Below the pieces are notes generated by a model that was given only the letters and a program-made list of their open reading frames with translations, did no database searches and was not told the origin of the DNA. Below, piece after piece: positions 1 through 10,500 of a stretch of DNA of 64,000 nt. A program made the position numbers and the translations under genes. The DNA lies in contig CAVVKJ010000010.1 of assembly GCA_963748815.1 (NCBI GenBank), forward strand, positions 608,001 through 672,000, given 5' to 3'. Each line of letters starts with the position of its first letter. Within the stretch, counting starts at the first letter, position 1. The stretch is from an uncultured Gemmatimonadales bacterium. GTDB lineage: Bacteria; Gemmatimonadota; Gemmatimonadetes; Gemmatimonadales; GWC2-71-9.

Positions 1-996
1 CGATGGAAACAGATTCGGCCGAAGGAAAGTTCCGCCCGCCACGGTCCGCCGAGCTCCAGGACGGCCCCGCTCTGCCCCCGCCGCGCCAACTGGAGGAGCC
101 GATCGGCCCGCGAGGCACCCAGCACGCAGCCGATGCGCCGGGCGGCCGCCCGAAGGAGGGTCGCCGCGAGCGCGGAATCATAGGTGGCCAGCGGGAGCGC
201 GGCAACGGAAATCCGTTCCGCGGCGCGCTGCGGGTCGAGGCCAGGCAGGGCGTCGAGCGCGGCGTCCCAGGCGAGGCGGTCCACCGCCGCGTGGCGGGCA
301 AGCCGGAGGATCCGGTCGCTGGTGCCCGGCGCACGCTCGGCGAGCGTCGGCAGCAGTACGGTGCGCACCCACGACCGTTCGTGCACCGGATCGAGGTTGG
401 CGGGATCCGCCCATCCCGCGATGCCCTTCGACTCGAGCCAGGCTGACCAATTCCGCCTTCCGAAACCCGAGGAGGGGCCGCAACCGGCGGCCCTGTCGCG
501 GGAGCATCCCCGAGAGTCCGGCGACGCCGCTGCCACCGAGGACGCGCAGCAGGACCGTCTCGACCTGATCGTCGGCGTGGTGCGCCAGCACGATGGCATC
601 CGCTCCCTCCGAACGCCGGGCCTGCCGGAGCCAGCCGTGGCGCGCGGTGCGGGCGGCGGTTTCGGTGGCGGCCACGCCAAGCTCGAGGCGGCCCACGACC
701 GCCGCGAGTCCGAGGCGCCCGGCAGCATCGACGACCTGGCGAGCCACCCCGGCGCTGTCGGGGTGAATGCCGTGGTCGACGTGGGCCACGACCAGCTCCA
801 TCTGGTGCGCGTCACGGGTGTCGTACAGGAGGTGGAGGAGGGCCATGGAATCGGGGCCGCCGGAGACCGCGACCAGGACACGCCGCCATTCGCGCGGGAC
901 ATCCAACGCCAGCCAGGCGCGTCGGAAGCGCCCGGCGAAGTCGTCGGGTGCGTGCACCGGTACGTCGGTCTGGCGTGGGGATTCGGGGGCGGCCAT
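1..996 (-). CDS. tilS: tRNA(Ile)-lysidine synthetase; runs off the window; apparent frameshift near 441
   Basis: AVSGGPDS PP-loop, AHVDHG and LAHHADDQVET motifs. After ELVS the natural continuation WLESKGIAGWADPANLD..ERSWVR is in another frame. Confidence 0.9.
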
Positions 997-1037
997 GGAG
1001 GGAAAGTAGCCTCTGGACGGTCTCGCGGAAGGCGCCG

Positions 1038-2105
1038 TCAGTTGCCGTACCGGTGGACCACCTCACCTTGGGCGTTGAGGACGGCGATCACCGACCCGCC
1101 GGACTCGCGGTACCCGAAGACCTTCACGCTGCCGGGCGTGGTCTGTTGCGGAAGCGGCACCCGCAGCAGCCACCGTTGCACGATCCAGCCGCCACCGGGA
1201 AGTAGGGCGAATGTCAGCACCCCGCCGGCCGTGGTGCCGCGGGCCCATTTCGGCAGGCGGGTGTAGGAAAAGGCGAGCCGCCGCAGTTGCGCCGATTTCT
1301 GGTCGAGCCAGAGCGTGCCCCGGATGTCCACCCGCGCGTCGCGCGCTCCCGGTTCGAAGGCCAGGCCGACCCAGTCGGCAGGCTCCCCTTCTCCAGGCGG
1401 CACGGTCCAGAAGCAGTGCCCCGCGAAGAACGGCTCCGACAGGAGAAACTCCGGGTCGGGGCCGTACCAGGTCGGGCCATCCACCAAGTCATCGAGGTTC
1501 TCGACGAACCCGACCGCGAGGAGGGTGTCGGGTGACGGGGCGCGCACCGGCCACGAACTGATGTTCAGTTCGTTCAACTCCATCACGTTGGTGACGTTGC
1601 CGATGCGGTCGATGTTGCGGTTCTCCAGCGCGGTCTCGAACCGGTAGGACCGCGACCGCACCGTCTGCGCGGTGATCTCGAGGGCGGTGCCGGCCTGGAG
1701 CCAGAGCGCCGAGGAGAGGGTGTCACCCCGGGCCCGGTCGCCGCACATCGAGGTGCCGGCCACGGCGATTTCCGGGAGCGCGACGGGCGCGCCGGCCAGC
1801 CGCAGCGTCCGGTCGACCGACTCCCCCGCCGGGAGCCGCAGGTCGGAGTCGAAGGGGAGGTACCCGATGCGGAGCACCCGCAGACGATAGGCGCCGGCCG
1901 CCGGCGCACGAAGCGCGAACCGTCCCTCGTCGCCGGTCACCACCTGGGCGACGCGCTTGCCGGAGGGATTCTCCAGGACGACGAGCGCGCCGACGACGGG
2001 GACGTCCGAGTCCGCCTCGAGCAGGCGGCCGCGGACGCCCTGGGCACGGAGGGCGCCGATCGGAATGAGCAGGAGAACCAGGAGCGGGATTAACCGGGAT
2101 GCCAT
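1038..2105 (-). CDS. Secreted protein with N-terminal carboxypeptidase-regulatory-like (transthyretin-like) domain, paralogue 1
   Basis: Signal peptide ending LRAQ, then VRGRLL..PVVGALVVL..TGDEGRF..AGAYRLRVLRIGY; C-terminal domain shared with the next two ORFs. Confidence 0.75.
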   Translation of the reverse strand: MASRLIPLLVLLLIPIGALRAQGVRGRLLEADSDVPVVGALVVLENPSGKRVAQVVTGDEGRFALRAPAAGAYRLRVLRIGYLPFDSDLRLPAGESVDRTLRLAGAPVALPEIAVAGTSMCGDRARGDTLSSALWLQAGTALEITAQTVRSRSYRFETALENRNIDRIGNVTNVMELNELNISSWPVRAPSPDTLLAVGFVENLDDLVDGPTWYGPDPEFLLSEPFFAGHCFWTVPPGEGEPADWVGLAFEPGARDARVDIRGTLWLDQKSAQLRRLAFSYTRLPKWARGTTAGGVLTFALLPGGGWIVQRWLLRVPLPQQTTPGSVKVFGYRESGGSVIAVLNAQGEVVHRYGN

Positions 2106-2177
2106 GAGGACCAACCTGTCAGGCGGACGGCGCGAATTCAACTCGGCGGGTCGCCGTGCTGACCAAACTCGCGCGGG

Positions 2178-3263
2178 TTACTCGCCGAACCGCACCACCA
2201 CCTCGCGCGAGGGGCTTTGGACCTGGTAGACGTACCCTGAATACTGCCAGTAACTCCATCGACTCCCCTTCCTGTCGGCTCCCGCCGGGTGGCGCCAGTT
2301 CCAGCTCTGGGCAAACCACCCTCCCGCGGGAAGCTGCACCAGGTCGACCCACCCGCCCGCATCGAGGCCGCGCGCCCATTCGGGAAGGTCCGAGTACGCC
2401 CACTCCAGTCGGCGCGGCTCGAGCGAAGCGCGATCCAGCCAGATTACACCCTGCACTGCCGATCCGCCTGGGCTGCCTGGATCCGCCGGACGATACGCGA
2501 TGCCGATCCAGTCGTGGTGTGTCGAGTCCGCCCAGGAGAGAATCGGCGCCGCGCCCGGGCCCACAGGGCGAAGGCAATAGGCGTCGAGGAACGCCTCGGC
2601 GAGGAAGAAGCCCGGGTCCGGCCCAAGCCAGTCGGGAAATTGATTGCGACTCTGGCCATTCCGTATGAAATCATCCGGCTTCCAAGGGTCACCGCCCGGA
2701 GCCCAGATCGGCCAGGGATCGGAATATTCGCGGTCGCCCTGCCGGGGGCGCGGCACCGCGGGCGGCATCCACCCCTCCGTCTTGGCGTAGGCCTGGAAGT
2801 AGTACCGGCTCCGCAAGACCGGCATTGCGGTCAGGCTCAGGCCGATGCGTGCCTGCTGCCAGAGCAGGGCCACATCAGGATCCTCCAGGGCCGACTTGCC
2901 GCACACAAATTCAGTCGCGGGGCCGATGGTGGGCGACACGACGCGTGAGCCGGTCGGCGTGAGGACCAGGCTGACGCCCTGGCCATCGGATAGCTCCCCA
3001 CGCATCTGCGACACGGTGTATCCAATGCGCTGAATCTGCAGCAGGTAGCGCCCCGCCCCAGGAGCTCCGAGCGTCAACGCACCCGTTGCGTCGCTCGCGC
3101 CCGAGGCGACCTCGGCGTTCGCCGAGTCCGTCATGACCACGAAGGCGCCGACGATGGGCACCGTCGTGTCAGGTTGCACCAGGCGCAGGTTCAGAGTCTG
3201 GGCGTGCAGGCCGCCCGCCAGTGCGAGGAGCGCCGGGAGCGGCCGCAGGGAGCGGCAGGTCAT
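2178..3263 (-). CDS. Secreted carboxypeptidase-regulatory-like domain protein, paralogue 2
   Basis: ATG at 3263 overlaps the upstream stop (ATGA); signal peptide; PIVGAFV..GRYLLQIQRIGY; shared motifs GPDPGFFLAEAF and YSDLPEWARG. Confidence 0.7.
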   Translation of the reverse strand: MTCRSLRPLPALLALAGGLHAQTLNLRLVQPDTTVPIVGAFVVMTDSANAEVASGASDATGALTLGAPGAGRYLLQIQRIGYTVSQMRGELSDGQGVSLVLTPTGSRVVSPTIGPATEFVCGKSALEDPDVALLWQQARIGLSLTAMPVLRSRYYFQAYAKTEGWMPPAVPRPRQGDREYSDPWPIWAPGGDPWKPDDFIRNGQSRNQFPDWLGPDPGFFLAEAFLDAYCLRPVGPGAAPILSWADSTHHDWIGIAYRPADPGSPGGSAVQGVIWLDRASLEPRRLEWAYSDLPEWARGLDAGGWVDLVQLPAGGWFAQSWNWRHPAGADRKGSRWSYWQYSGYVYQVQSPSREVVVRFGE

Positions 3264-4222
3264 CGGTACCGATACTCCACGAGGACCTCGCCAGAGGTAT
3301 CCAAGACTCGGAGAACTTCGCCACCCCGGATCAGGGTCCGCGCGATGCCGGAGGTGTACCGGTCCGGATCCACCCTGGGCACGGGGGTCTTCATGATCCA
3401 CTGGCGAGGAAAGGCGGCACCATCCGCCAGACCGGAGAGATCCACGCGCCCCCCGGCGAACGACCCGGCGGCCCACCTCCCGCCGCCGGTCGGGCCCCTG
3501 GCCCAGCTCGGCAGGTTCAGGTACCGCCACTCAATCACGCGCAGCTCCGCCGACTGCGGGTCGAACCAGAGGACACCGCGGATCAGGTTGCGCGGGCCGG
3601 AATCTTCCGGCCGGAACTCCAGCCCAACCCAGCCGTCCGGCACGGCGGGATAGTACCAGGCGAGGACCGGCGTCACATCTGAATCGACCACTCGGAAGCA
3701 GAACTGGTCGGCGAATTCTCCAGAAAGGAAGAACGCGACATCCGGTCCGTAGAACGTGGGCCCGTTCCAGGTGTCTTCCGCGTTGGCAACGAATCCGGAA
3801 ATGCGCAGCGACTCGGGGGGCGGGGGCGCTATCGGCCAGGCGGTGAGTGCGTTCTCCTCCGTCCCGGGGAAGGGACGCTGGGCCCAGTAGGCATGGGACC
3901 CAAAGTACCCCTCGGGGTCGTACAACCACCAGGCGTTGGCGGCGTACTGGTAACCCCCGCTGGCAAGCGATCGGTCGACGGCTTCGAGAGTGTGGCGCGC
4001 CCGTGCGGAGAGTAATGCGAGTTCCGGATTTGCCGACGCCTCGGCCCCGCAGGCCCATTTTCCCTGGTGGTCCACAATGGACAGTACGACATCGCTGCCG
4101 GGGACCTCGGCGGCTTGTGCCCGCAGACCACAAGGAATGAGTAGGACGAACAGAACACACACACCGCGATGGGATCGCATAAAACTCAATGTGAGGAGTT
4201 GCGGTGAGGAGCGCAAGTTCAT
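3260..4222 (-). CDS. Secreted protein, paralogue 3 (lacks most of the N-terminal domain)
   Basis: Shared motifs YGPDVAFFLSGEF..FCF and GVLWFDPQSAELR..YLNLPSWARG; start at 4222 or 4180. Confidence 0.65.
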   Translation of the reverse strand: MNLRSSPQLLTLSFMRSHRGVCVLFVLLIPCGLRAQAAEVPGSDVVLSIVDHQGKWACGAEASANPELALLSARARHTLEAVDRSLASGGYQYAANAWWLYDPEGYFGSHAYWAQRPFPGTEENALTAWPIAPPPPESLRISGFVANAEDTWNGPTFYGPDVAFFLSGEFADQFCFRVVDSDVTPVLAWYYPAVPDGWVGLEFRPEDSGPRNLIRGVLWFDPQSAELRVIEWRYLNLPSWARGPTGGGRWAAGSFAGGRVDLSGLADGAAFPRQWIMKTPVPRVDPDRYTSGIARTLIRGGEVLRVLDTSGEVLVEYRYR

Positions 4223-5181
4223 CGCGCCGGAGCGGAGACGAATCCCTTCCCCGTCGGCGACCACCGCCACTTCACCGCCCGCCCCTCGAGGTGCACTCCC
4301 CCGATCCATCGATCCACTCCGTTGACTTCCACGTGGTCGAACCGGCCCGCCAGCGCGTCGCCGCCGGCCAGGGTGAGTTCGAGTTCCTTCCGCTCGCGAC
4401 CCCGATACCGGATCGGCGGGACCGTGGCCTCGGCGAGGCGGGACACCTGCCATCCAAAGACGAGGTCGCCCAGGAACTCCGCCTCCTCCCGCTCGAGATG
4501 CGCGGCGCGGAAGAGTTTCCCGAACGGGAGGGGGCCATCGGCGAGGGCGCGAAGGATCTGCCGTTCCGTGCGGGAGAGGCCATCCGCCGTTCCGGGATAC
4601 TCCTCCAGCATCCGTGTGAGCGCGCCGGAAAGATGCGGGAGCGACGATTGGGGGATCAGGGCGCGGTCGGCCAGTGCGGCCGGATCGGGCGACCGGAACT
4701 CCCGCCAGGTGGTTGCCGCGAGGCCCAGCACCACGGGGGTCACCTCGCGCCGAGCCGCAAAGAGTTCGCGCATCCGCGGCGCCGATTGCATCCCCAGAAA
4801 CTCGCCGGGGTTGATGAGCGACAGGCGCACCGGCCCCGTGTCGGTCGCGGAAAACCAGTCGAGGACCTGCAGTAGTTGCAACTGGTCGTAGAGGTCGTGT
4901 TCGAACCAGAGCACGACTTCGGCGTACGCCCGAAAGCCGGAGAGCATCGCGTCGCGCCACCGAAGCCGGGGGAGCGCCTGGGCCGGGTCGTCCCAGCCCG
5001 CCCCTCCGATGAACGCCGCCCGCACCGCCGTCAGGTCGTCGAGCGAGAGTCCCGCCGGGACCGGCCCCTCGTGCAGCACATCGCGCCAGGGGAGCACGCT
5101 ACCGCCGACGCCCGACTCGAGGATGCGCTCGGCGGCCGCGTCACCATTCGTGATGTGCAGTCGTTCAGGGCTCGCGGGCAT
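4219..5181 (-). CDS. DUF1835-like protein
   Basis: LHITNGD..LPWRDVLHEGPVP and VVLWFEHDLYDQLQL motifs. Confidence 0.75.
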   Translation of the reverse strand: MPASPERLHITNGDAAAERILESGVGGSVLPWRDVLHEGPVPAGLSLDDLTAVRAAFIGGAGWDDPAQALPRLRWRDAMLSGFRAYAEVVLWFEHDLYDQLQLLQVLDWFSATDTGPVRLSLINPGEFLGMQSAPRMRELFAARREVTPVVLGLAATTWREFRSPDPAALADRALIPQSSLPHLSGALTRMLEEYPGTADGLSRTERQILRALADGPLPFGKLFRAAHLEREEAEFLGDLVFGWQVSRLAEATVPPIRYRGRERKELELTLAGGDALAGRFDHVEVNGVDRWIGGVHLEGRAVKWRWSPTGKGFVSAPAR

Positions 5182-5701
5182 ACAGGCCGTCGAATGCCGT
5201 CGTCCAGGTGGCGCCGCCGTCAGTCGAGGACTCCCAGTGCTGGCGCACCTTCCCGTCGACCAGCGGCGTCCAGGTGACCCTCTCCGAAGTGATGACACCT
5301 GGCTGACCGGGGGTGCCGTGCGCCCCCCAGAGGACCATCTCCTTGCCCACCAGCTTGCCCTTCAATTCGAGGAGGTTTCCGCCGGCGTCCATCCATACCT
5401 GCCGCCAGGTGCTGTCGGCGGCGTTCCACATGTTCAGGCTGGTGCCGTCCCCGCCGTTCGAGCTCCGCCAGTGCTCCTGCAGCACGCACCCGCCCAGGAG
5501 CGATTCGATCCGGTTGGTGCCGGCCAGCTTCCCCTTCGGGGTGGTCACCGACCAGGCACCAATCCAGAAGTCGAACTGGCGATATTCCGGCGCGACGCAG
5601 CCCTGCTGGCCCTGGGCGTGGGCAGGCGGCGCTGCAACGAGGATGAGGAGGAGTCCGGGCAGGAACAGGAGACGGCGGACGAGAAACGGGACAGCTGGCA
5701 T
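5165..5701 (-). CDS. Secreted hypothetical protein (DUF1579-like beta-barrel)
   Basis: Signal peptide; QFDFWIGAW, WRQVWMD and STDGGATW motifs. Confidence 0.65.
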   Translation of the reverse strand: MPAVPFLVRRLLFLPGLLLILVAAPPAHAQGQQGCVAPEYRQFDFWIGAWSVTTPKGKLAGTNRIESLLGGCVLQEHWRSSNGGDGTSLNMWNAADSTWRQVWMDAGGNLLELKGKLVGKEMVLWGAHGTPGQPGVITSERVTWTPLVDGKVRQHWESSTDGGATWTTAFDGLYAREP

Positions 5702-5778
5702 GGGCGGCTCGTTCGTAGGGAGGGATGAGGGGGACTCCCTCCCCTACGCGCGCCAGGGAACCGCGGTTTCCTGCCTGG

Positions 5779-6111
5779 TCACCACTCTCCGCGGCGCTTC
5801 CGTCGCAGGTAGACGTACCAGACGCTCAGGAAGCTGCCGGCGTTGCCGACGAAGGTCCCGAGGTTCACGAGGGCCCACCCGACATTGGGCGTCTCGGCGT
5901 GGAACCCCGAGGCAGCGATCACGAGGCCAACCAGCTGAAATCCGCAGAACCAGAGGAGGGCGATCAGGAAGGAGCGGCGCCGGACGGCGTCCGCCTTGAG
6001 ATCGGCCGCCTGTCGCCGCGAATGGAAGACGGGATCGTCTTCCGCACGCGGCGGCCGGCGGGGCGTCGCTACTTCTTGGCGTAAACGCTGGTCTTGCCGG
6101 TCTTGTCCCAC
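5779..6111 (-). CDS. Small membrane protein; start uncertain
   Basis: Two hydrophobic segments; same strand as its neighbours. Confidence 0.5.
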   Translation of the reverse strand: MGQDRQDQRLRQEVATPRRPPRAEDDPVFHSRRQAADLKADAVRRRSFLIALLWFCGFQLVGLVIAASGFHAETPNVGWALVNLGTFVGNAGSFLSVWYVYLRRKRRGEW

Positions 6112-6539
6112 GACATCACGTCATAGTGTTGGACCGGACTGCCGGGCATTCCCGGCGAACCGGTCGGCATCCCGGCCACCCCGATCCCGGCGATCTTCGG
6201 TTGCTCCTTCAGCATCCGGCTGATCGCGTCGGCCGGCACGTGGCCCTCGATGACGTATCCGCCGACGACCGCTGTGTGGCAGGTCTGGATGGCGCGCGGC
6301 ACCCCCGAGGCGGCCTTGATTTCGCTCAAGTCGTCCATGTCGACCGTCTTGACCTCAAACCCGTTTGCCTTCAGATAGTCCACCCAGAGCTGGCAGCATC
6401 CACAGGAAGGGGACTTGTACACCGTGATGGTCGAACTGACCGCAGGTGCGGCCGGTGGCGCCGGGCGGTTCGCGGCGGCGCCAAGCGCGACCACCGCGAC
6501 GAGGGCGCCGATGGCGGGGACGATCCGGGAGAATCTCAT
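6069..6539 (-). CDS. DUF411 family periplasmic metal-binding protein
   Basis: VYKSPSCGCC..W, CHTAVVGGYVIEGHVPA and GMPTGSPGM motifs. Confidence 0.85.
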   Translation of the reverse strand: MRFSRIVPAIGALVAVVALGAAANRPAPPAAPAVSSTITVYKSPSCGCCQLWVDYLKANGFEVKTVDMDDLSEIKAASGVPRAIQTCHTAVVGGYVIEGHVPADAISRMLKEQPKIAGIGVAGMPTGSPGMPGSPVQHYDVMSWDKTGKTSVYAKK

Positions 6540-6568
6540 GACAACCTCACATCCTTGTAATCGAAGGG

Positions 6569-6697
6569 CTAACGCGTCGACTCGCGGCTCTCGGCGTCGC
6601 GGCGATGCCACTCGAACACCATCCCCCGGAAGAGCAAGAAGCCGAAACACCAGACGGCGACGGCGACGATGACCGGCCCGTAGAACGTGACGGACAT
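6569..6697 (-). CDS. 42-aa single-TM small protein (not in ORF track)
   Basis: MSVTFYGPVIVAVAVWCFGFLLFRGMVFEWHRRDAESRESTR*, preceded by AGGGGA; fills an intergenic gap. Confidence 0.55.
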   Translation of the reverse strand: MSVTFYGPVIVAVAVWCFGFLLFRGMVFEWHRRDAESRESTR

Positions 6698-6740
6698 GGA
6701 GATCCCCTGGAGTAAGAGCGGACTTCAGATACTAACAAAC

Positions 6741-7217
6741 TCACCCGCCCTCGGCCAGCGCCTGGAGCGCCGAGAGGTGTTCCTCAAGCAATTCGGAAGT
6801 CACCGCCTCCACCTTCCGGCGCGGGATCACCGTGCCGAGCGCGAGTCCGTGGACCGACGCCTGACAGATGACCTCGGTGGCCCGGCGCCCCCCGTTGGTG
6901 AAGGCATACCCGATATCGAGCTGGAAGAGCGAGTGGTGCACCACGACCGCCAGCCGGGACGGGGCGTCGAATACCGTCACTTCGCCCCGGCACGCCGAGG
7001 GAACGAGCCCGATCTTCACCCGCTGCACGAAGGTCGCGCCGAGCGCGAATCCCCCCGGGCCGCCGTCGGGCGCCTTCACGCTCCTGAGGCCGTGCACCCA
7101 TTGCATCAGGGCGTCCGGCTCCTCCACCAGTCGCCAGACGCGGTCCCGCGGGGCGGCGATCAGCACCCGGTGTTCCAGCTGGTGCGCCCCGGAGGATGCG
7201 GCCCGTCCAGCGGTCAC
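6741..7217 (-). CDS. SRPBCC family protein
   Basis: IAAPRDRVWRLVEEPD..QW START-like N-terminus. Confidence 0.7.
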   Translation of the reverse strand: MTAGRAASSGAHQLEHRVLIAAPRDRVWRLVEEPDALMQWVHGLRSVKAPDGGPGGFALGATFVQRVKIGLVPSACRGEVTVFDAPSRLAVVVHHSLFQLDIGYAFTNGGRRATEVICQASVHGLALGTVIPRRKVEAVTSELLEEHLSALQALAEGG

Positions 7218-7477
7218 AGCGACCGGCGGATACGGGCGAACCCGTCGCGAATCTCTTCGCCGAGCAGCTTCGCCGCCGCGCCGACATCCTCCATCACGTC
7301 GCCGGCCTCGTCGCCTGCCTTGTCAAGCCGACCGCGCAGCTCCGCAATCCGCCCCTCCAGCTTATCCCACTCCTCGCGCGCCTCGGCCTTGCCGAGGTGC
7401 ACCCGCACCTTCAACTCGTCTCGCTCCTGCTCGAGCTTCGCCAGCATCTCGGTCAGGCGCTCGCGCATCGTGGTCAT
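7214..7477 (-). CDS. Conserved coiled-coil hypothetical protein
   Basis: LEQERDELKVRVHLGKAEAREEWDKLE..EIRDGFARIR; RBS GAGGA upstream. Confidence 0.7.
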   Translation of the reverse strand: MTTMRERLTEMLAKLEQERDELKVRVHLGKAEAREEWDKLEGRIAELRGRLDKAGDEAGDVMEDVGAAAKLLGEEIRDGFARIRRSL

Positions 7478-7504
7478 TGATCCGTCCTCGTGGTCAGGGT
7501 GTCT

Positions 7505-10500
7505 TCACGACCCCGGCGTCGCCGGGGCCGCCTCGAAAATGAGCAGCCACCCCCGTCCCGGCGCAACCGGAATGGGGTCGTAGGGACCGAAGCTGGCCGC
7601 GGACTGGTACCCAGGCAGCTCGGGCGCGACGATCCGGGCGCTGGCCGGGTCGAGCCCCAGCCGGGTCCAGTCCACGGCAAGACGCACCCGCGCGGTGTCC
7701 GGCGCCCAGCTCGCCACCGCCACAATGCTCCGGCCCTCGCCCTGGTATACCGTCGCGAGCACGTCGGGCCGGCCGGTGCGCACCGGGGACCCCGGCACCC
7801 ACCACCCGATCATCCGGGTGCGCTGGATCTCATAGGTGTCCCAGAATTTCCAGAGTTCCCGCGGGTCTCCCGACCAGGGAAGCCGGTTGGTCATGCCGAA
7901 GAGCATGCCGCGCCAGGGATTCCCGCCGCCCTCCAGCATCTCGCCCATCAGGCCGAAGGGAATGCCCGACATCTCGACCAGCCAGTATGCCGGCGAAGAA
8001 TCGTAGTCGAAATACTCGCCGAACCAGAGCCGGTCGATGAAGGGGAAGTGCTCGAGATAGAGGTTCGCGCTGCTGGCGAAGCCGTCGCGCGGGTTGTACT
8101 GGTTGGCGGAGTGCAGGTCGATGAGCGGCGCTGGGCGGCCGCGGGTCAGCGCCTTCCGGACCCGGACCATGATGCTCCGGTCGAAGGCGACGTCGTCGAT
8201 GTAGAGGCCATCGATCCCGATGTTCTCCACCAGCCAGTCCAGCCCCTCCACGTAGAAGTTGTGCCACCGGGAGATGCCGGTGTTGACCACCGCGGCATCC
8301 CGGATCCGCGGGACATACCAGCCGCCGATGTAGTTGCCGTCGAGATGTTCCTGCAGCCACGACGCCCCGCCCCCAGGGCCCGGGGCGATGACTTCCGTGC
8401 CGAGGCTCCGGAGCGCGGGCATTTCCGGCGCGTGGTTGGTCAGCTCGCGCACCGTGTAGTAGATCTTGACCCGCATCCCCATGGCGTGCGCGCTGTCCAC
8501 GTACGCCTTCATGGCGTCGGGACGGAGGAAGGGGTAGTTGATGAACGGGTTGATGGCCGTCGCGTGGTGCACGTTGACGGTGTTGGCCCCCATCTTCGCG
8601 ATCGAATCCAGCGGCACGTAGGAGTGGAAGTACCGCGTGGCCCACTGCGCCCCGGTCTCGAGCGGGTGGAACGGCGTCAGCAGGAGGCGGAAGTCATAGT
8701 GCTGCACCTCGCCGGCTGCCATCGTGCGGGCGCCGCTGTAGCAGACCACCGAATAGAGCTCCCGCCGGGCACGCAGCCGGCATCCCCCCCGCCCCGCGTT
8801 GGCCCAGGAAGCCGGCATCACGAGGGGTTTCGACAGGTAGAAGTTGGTGTTGAGCGGCCGGCTGTACTGATCGTCCTTGAGGCTGAACTGCACCCCGGCG
8901 TTCACGTCGCCCAGCCAGGCGCCGTCCTGGTTGTGCGTCACCTCCCAGACCCAGTCGAGGGAGTCGGGGCGCGCGCCGCCCTTGTAGCCGAGGCCCATCA
9001 GGTAGCGCGCCGCCTCGGGGCGGAGCGGGATCTCGAGGCGGATGTCCTGCAGGGCGAGGGCGGTGTCGGCGGTGAGGGCCACGGCAAATTCGGCGTTTCC
9101 GTCGAATGCGAGACTGCCGGTGACGCTCATCCGGAGCGCGGAGGCGGCAGCACTCGACTCCCACACGATGACGCCGGTGTCGTGCTCGACGACGCGCGTG
9201 CCGGTCGGTGTCCACGCCAGGTCGCGGCCATCGGCGCCGACCGCCGTGAGCTGGACCGGGCCGGCGAGCACCTCCCGGGATGATTCGCCGATCGAGGTCA
9301 TTTCGACGGTAAAGAAGCTGCGGATGGAGGTGGGCAGCCCGTTCCGGCCGATGACCAGCTTGCGACCCAGCACGCCGAGGGTGTCGCCTCGGCGGGAAAC
9401 CGGGGTGTACGGAGGGACGAGGCCGTGGTCTTCCTCGAGCCGCGAATCGAGCCAGGCGAGGCGTGCCAGGCGCCACGGTTCGTCCGCGCCGGCGTTCCGG
9501 ATCGTATCCGGTCCGACGCTGATCGTGACGGCTACGGGCACCGCCGGGAGGCCGGCGGCGGAGACGGTCGCCGTCCCGCGGTAGTCGCCGGGGCGCGCGT
9601 CGCGCGGGACCTGCACCCCGCACCAGAGCGGCTCGATCCGCCCGAGGGGGACGTCGACCTGCGTCGTGAAGTCCCTCCCCTGCCAGTCGACGCCCCCCTG
9701 GTTGAAGCAACGGAGGGCGGCGGCGGGAATGCTGCCGGCGGTCCCCGATAGCTGGGTGAAGGTGACGCGGACATCGCTCATCGGTTGCCGCGCGGCCCAG
9801 ATTCCGAGCTGGAGCGCGTAGAACTCGCCGCGGGCCGCGCTCCCGGAGATGGAGGGCGGACCAGTGCGATTGACCCAGCGCTGCGGGAGGTCGGCTGGCA
9901 TCACGATCGGGTGGGTCCGTTCCTCCGGAAAGACCAGGAACGGGCTGCCTGGAGAGCGGGCAAGCAGTTGCGCGGTCTCGGTGGCGGTCGCAATGACCTG
10001 CATGGGGTAGAACGAGTCCAGGGTGTCCGCCGCCTCGAAGGCGACGAGTCGGGCCTGGGGAAGTCGAGTGATCGCCCCCGGATCGAAGAGCCCTAGCCAC
10101 GTCGAGGAGGCCGTCGAGTCCGGACCGGGATAGGTGAGCTTCGGGTAGCTCGAAGTGACCGTGCCGGTGTAGCGGAGATAGTAGACGTAGTACTCGCCGG
10201 GGCCGCTGGTCGGCTCGAAGGCGATGTCGCCGGCCTCGCGGTCGATGGACCCGCGAAGGACATTCATGACCCGTTGGCCGGATTGCGCATCGACCACCCA
10301 GATGTCCTTCTGCACTGGATGGGCGTCGGGACGCCGCCAGGGGAGGTGGGCCCAGACGGCGGGCGCGGCCCCGGACACTGCTACCACCGCCCGGTGGTTG
10401 CCGAAGGAGTCCGCCGTCCACTGGCCGATCCGGTACGGAGCGGATTGCGCCGCCGCCGGGTGCGCCGTGACGACCATGACGGCCAGTGCCACCAGGGAGG

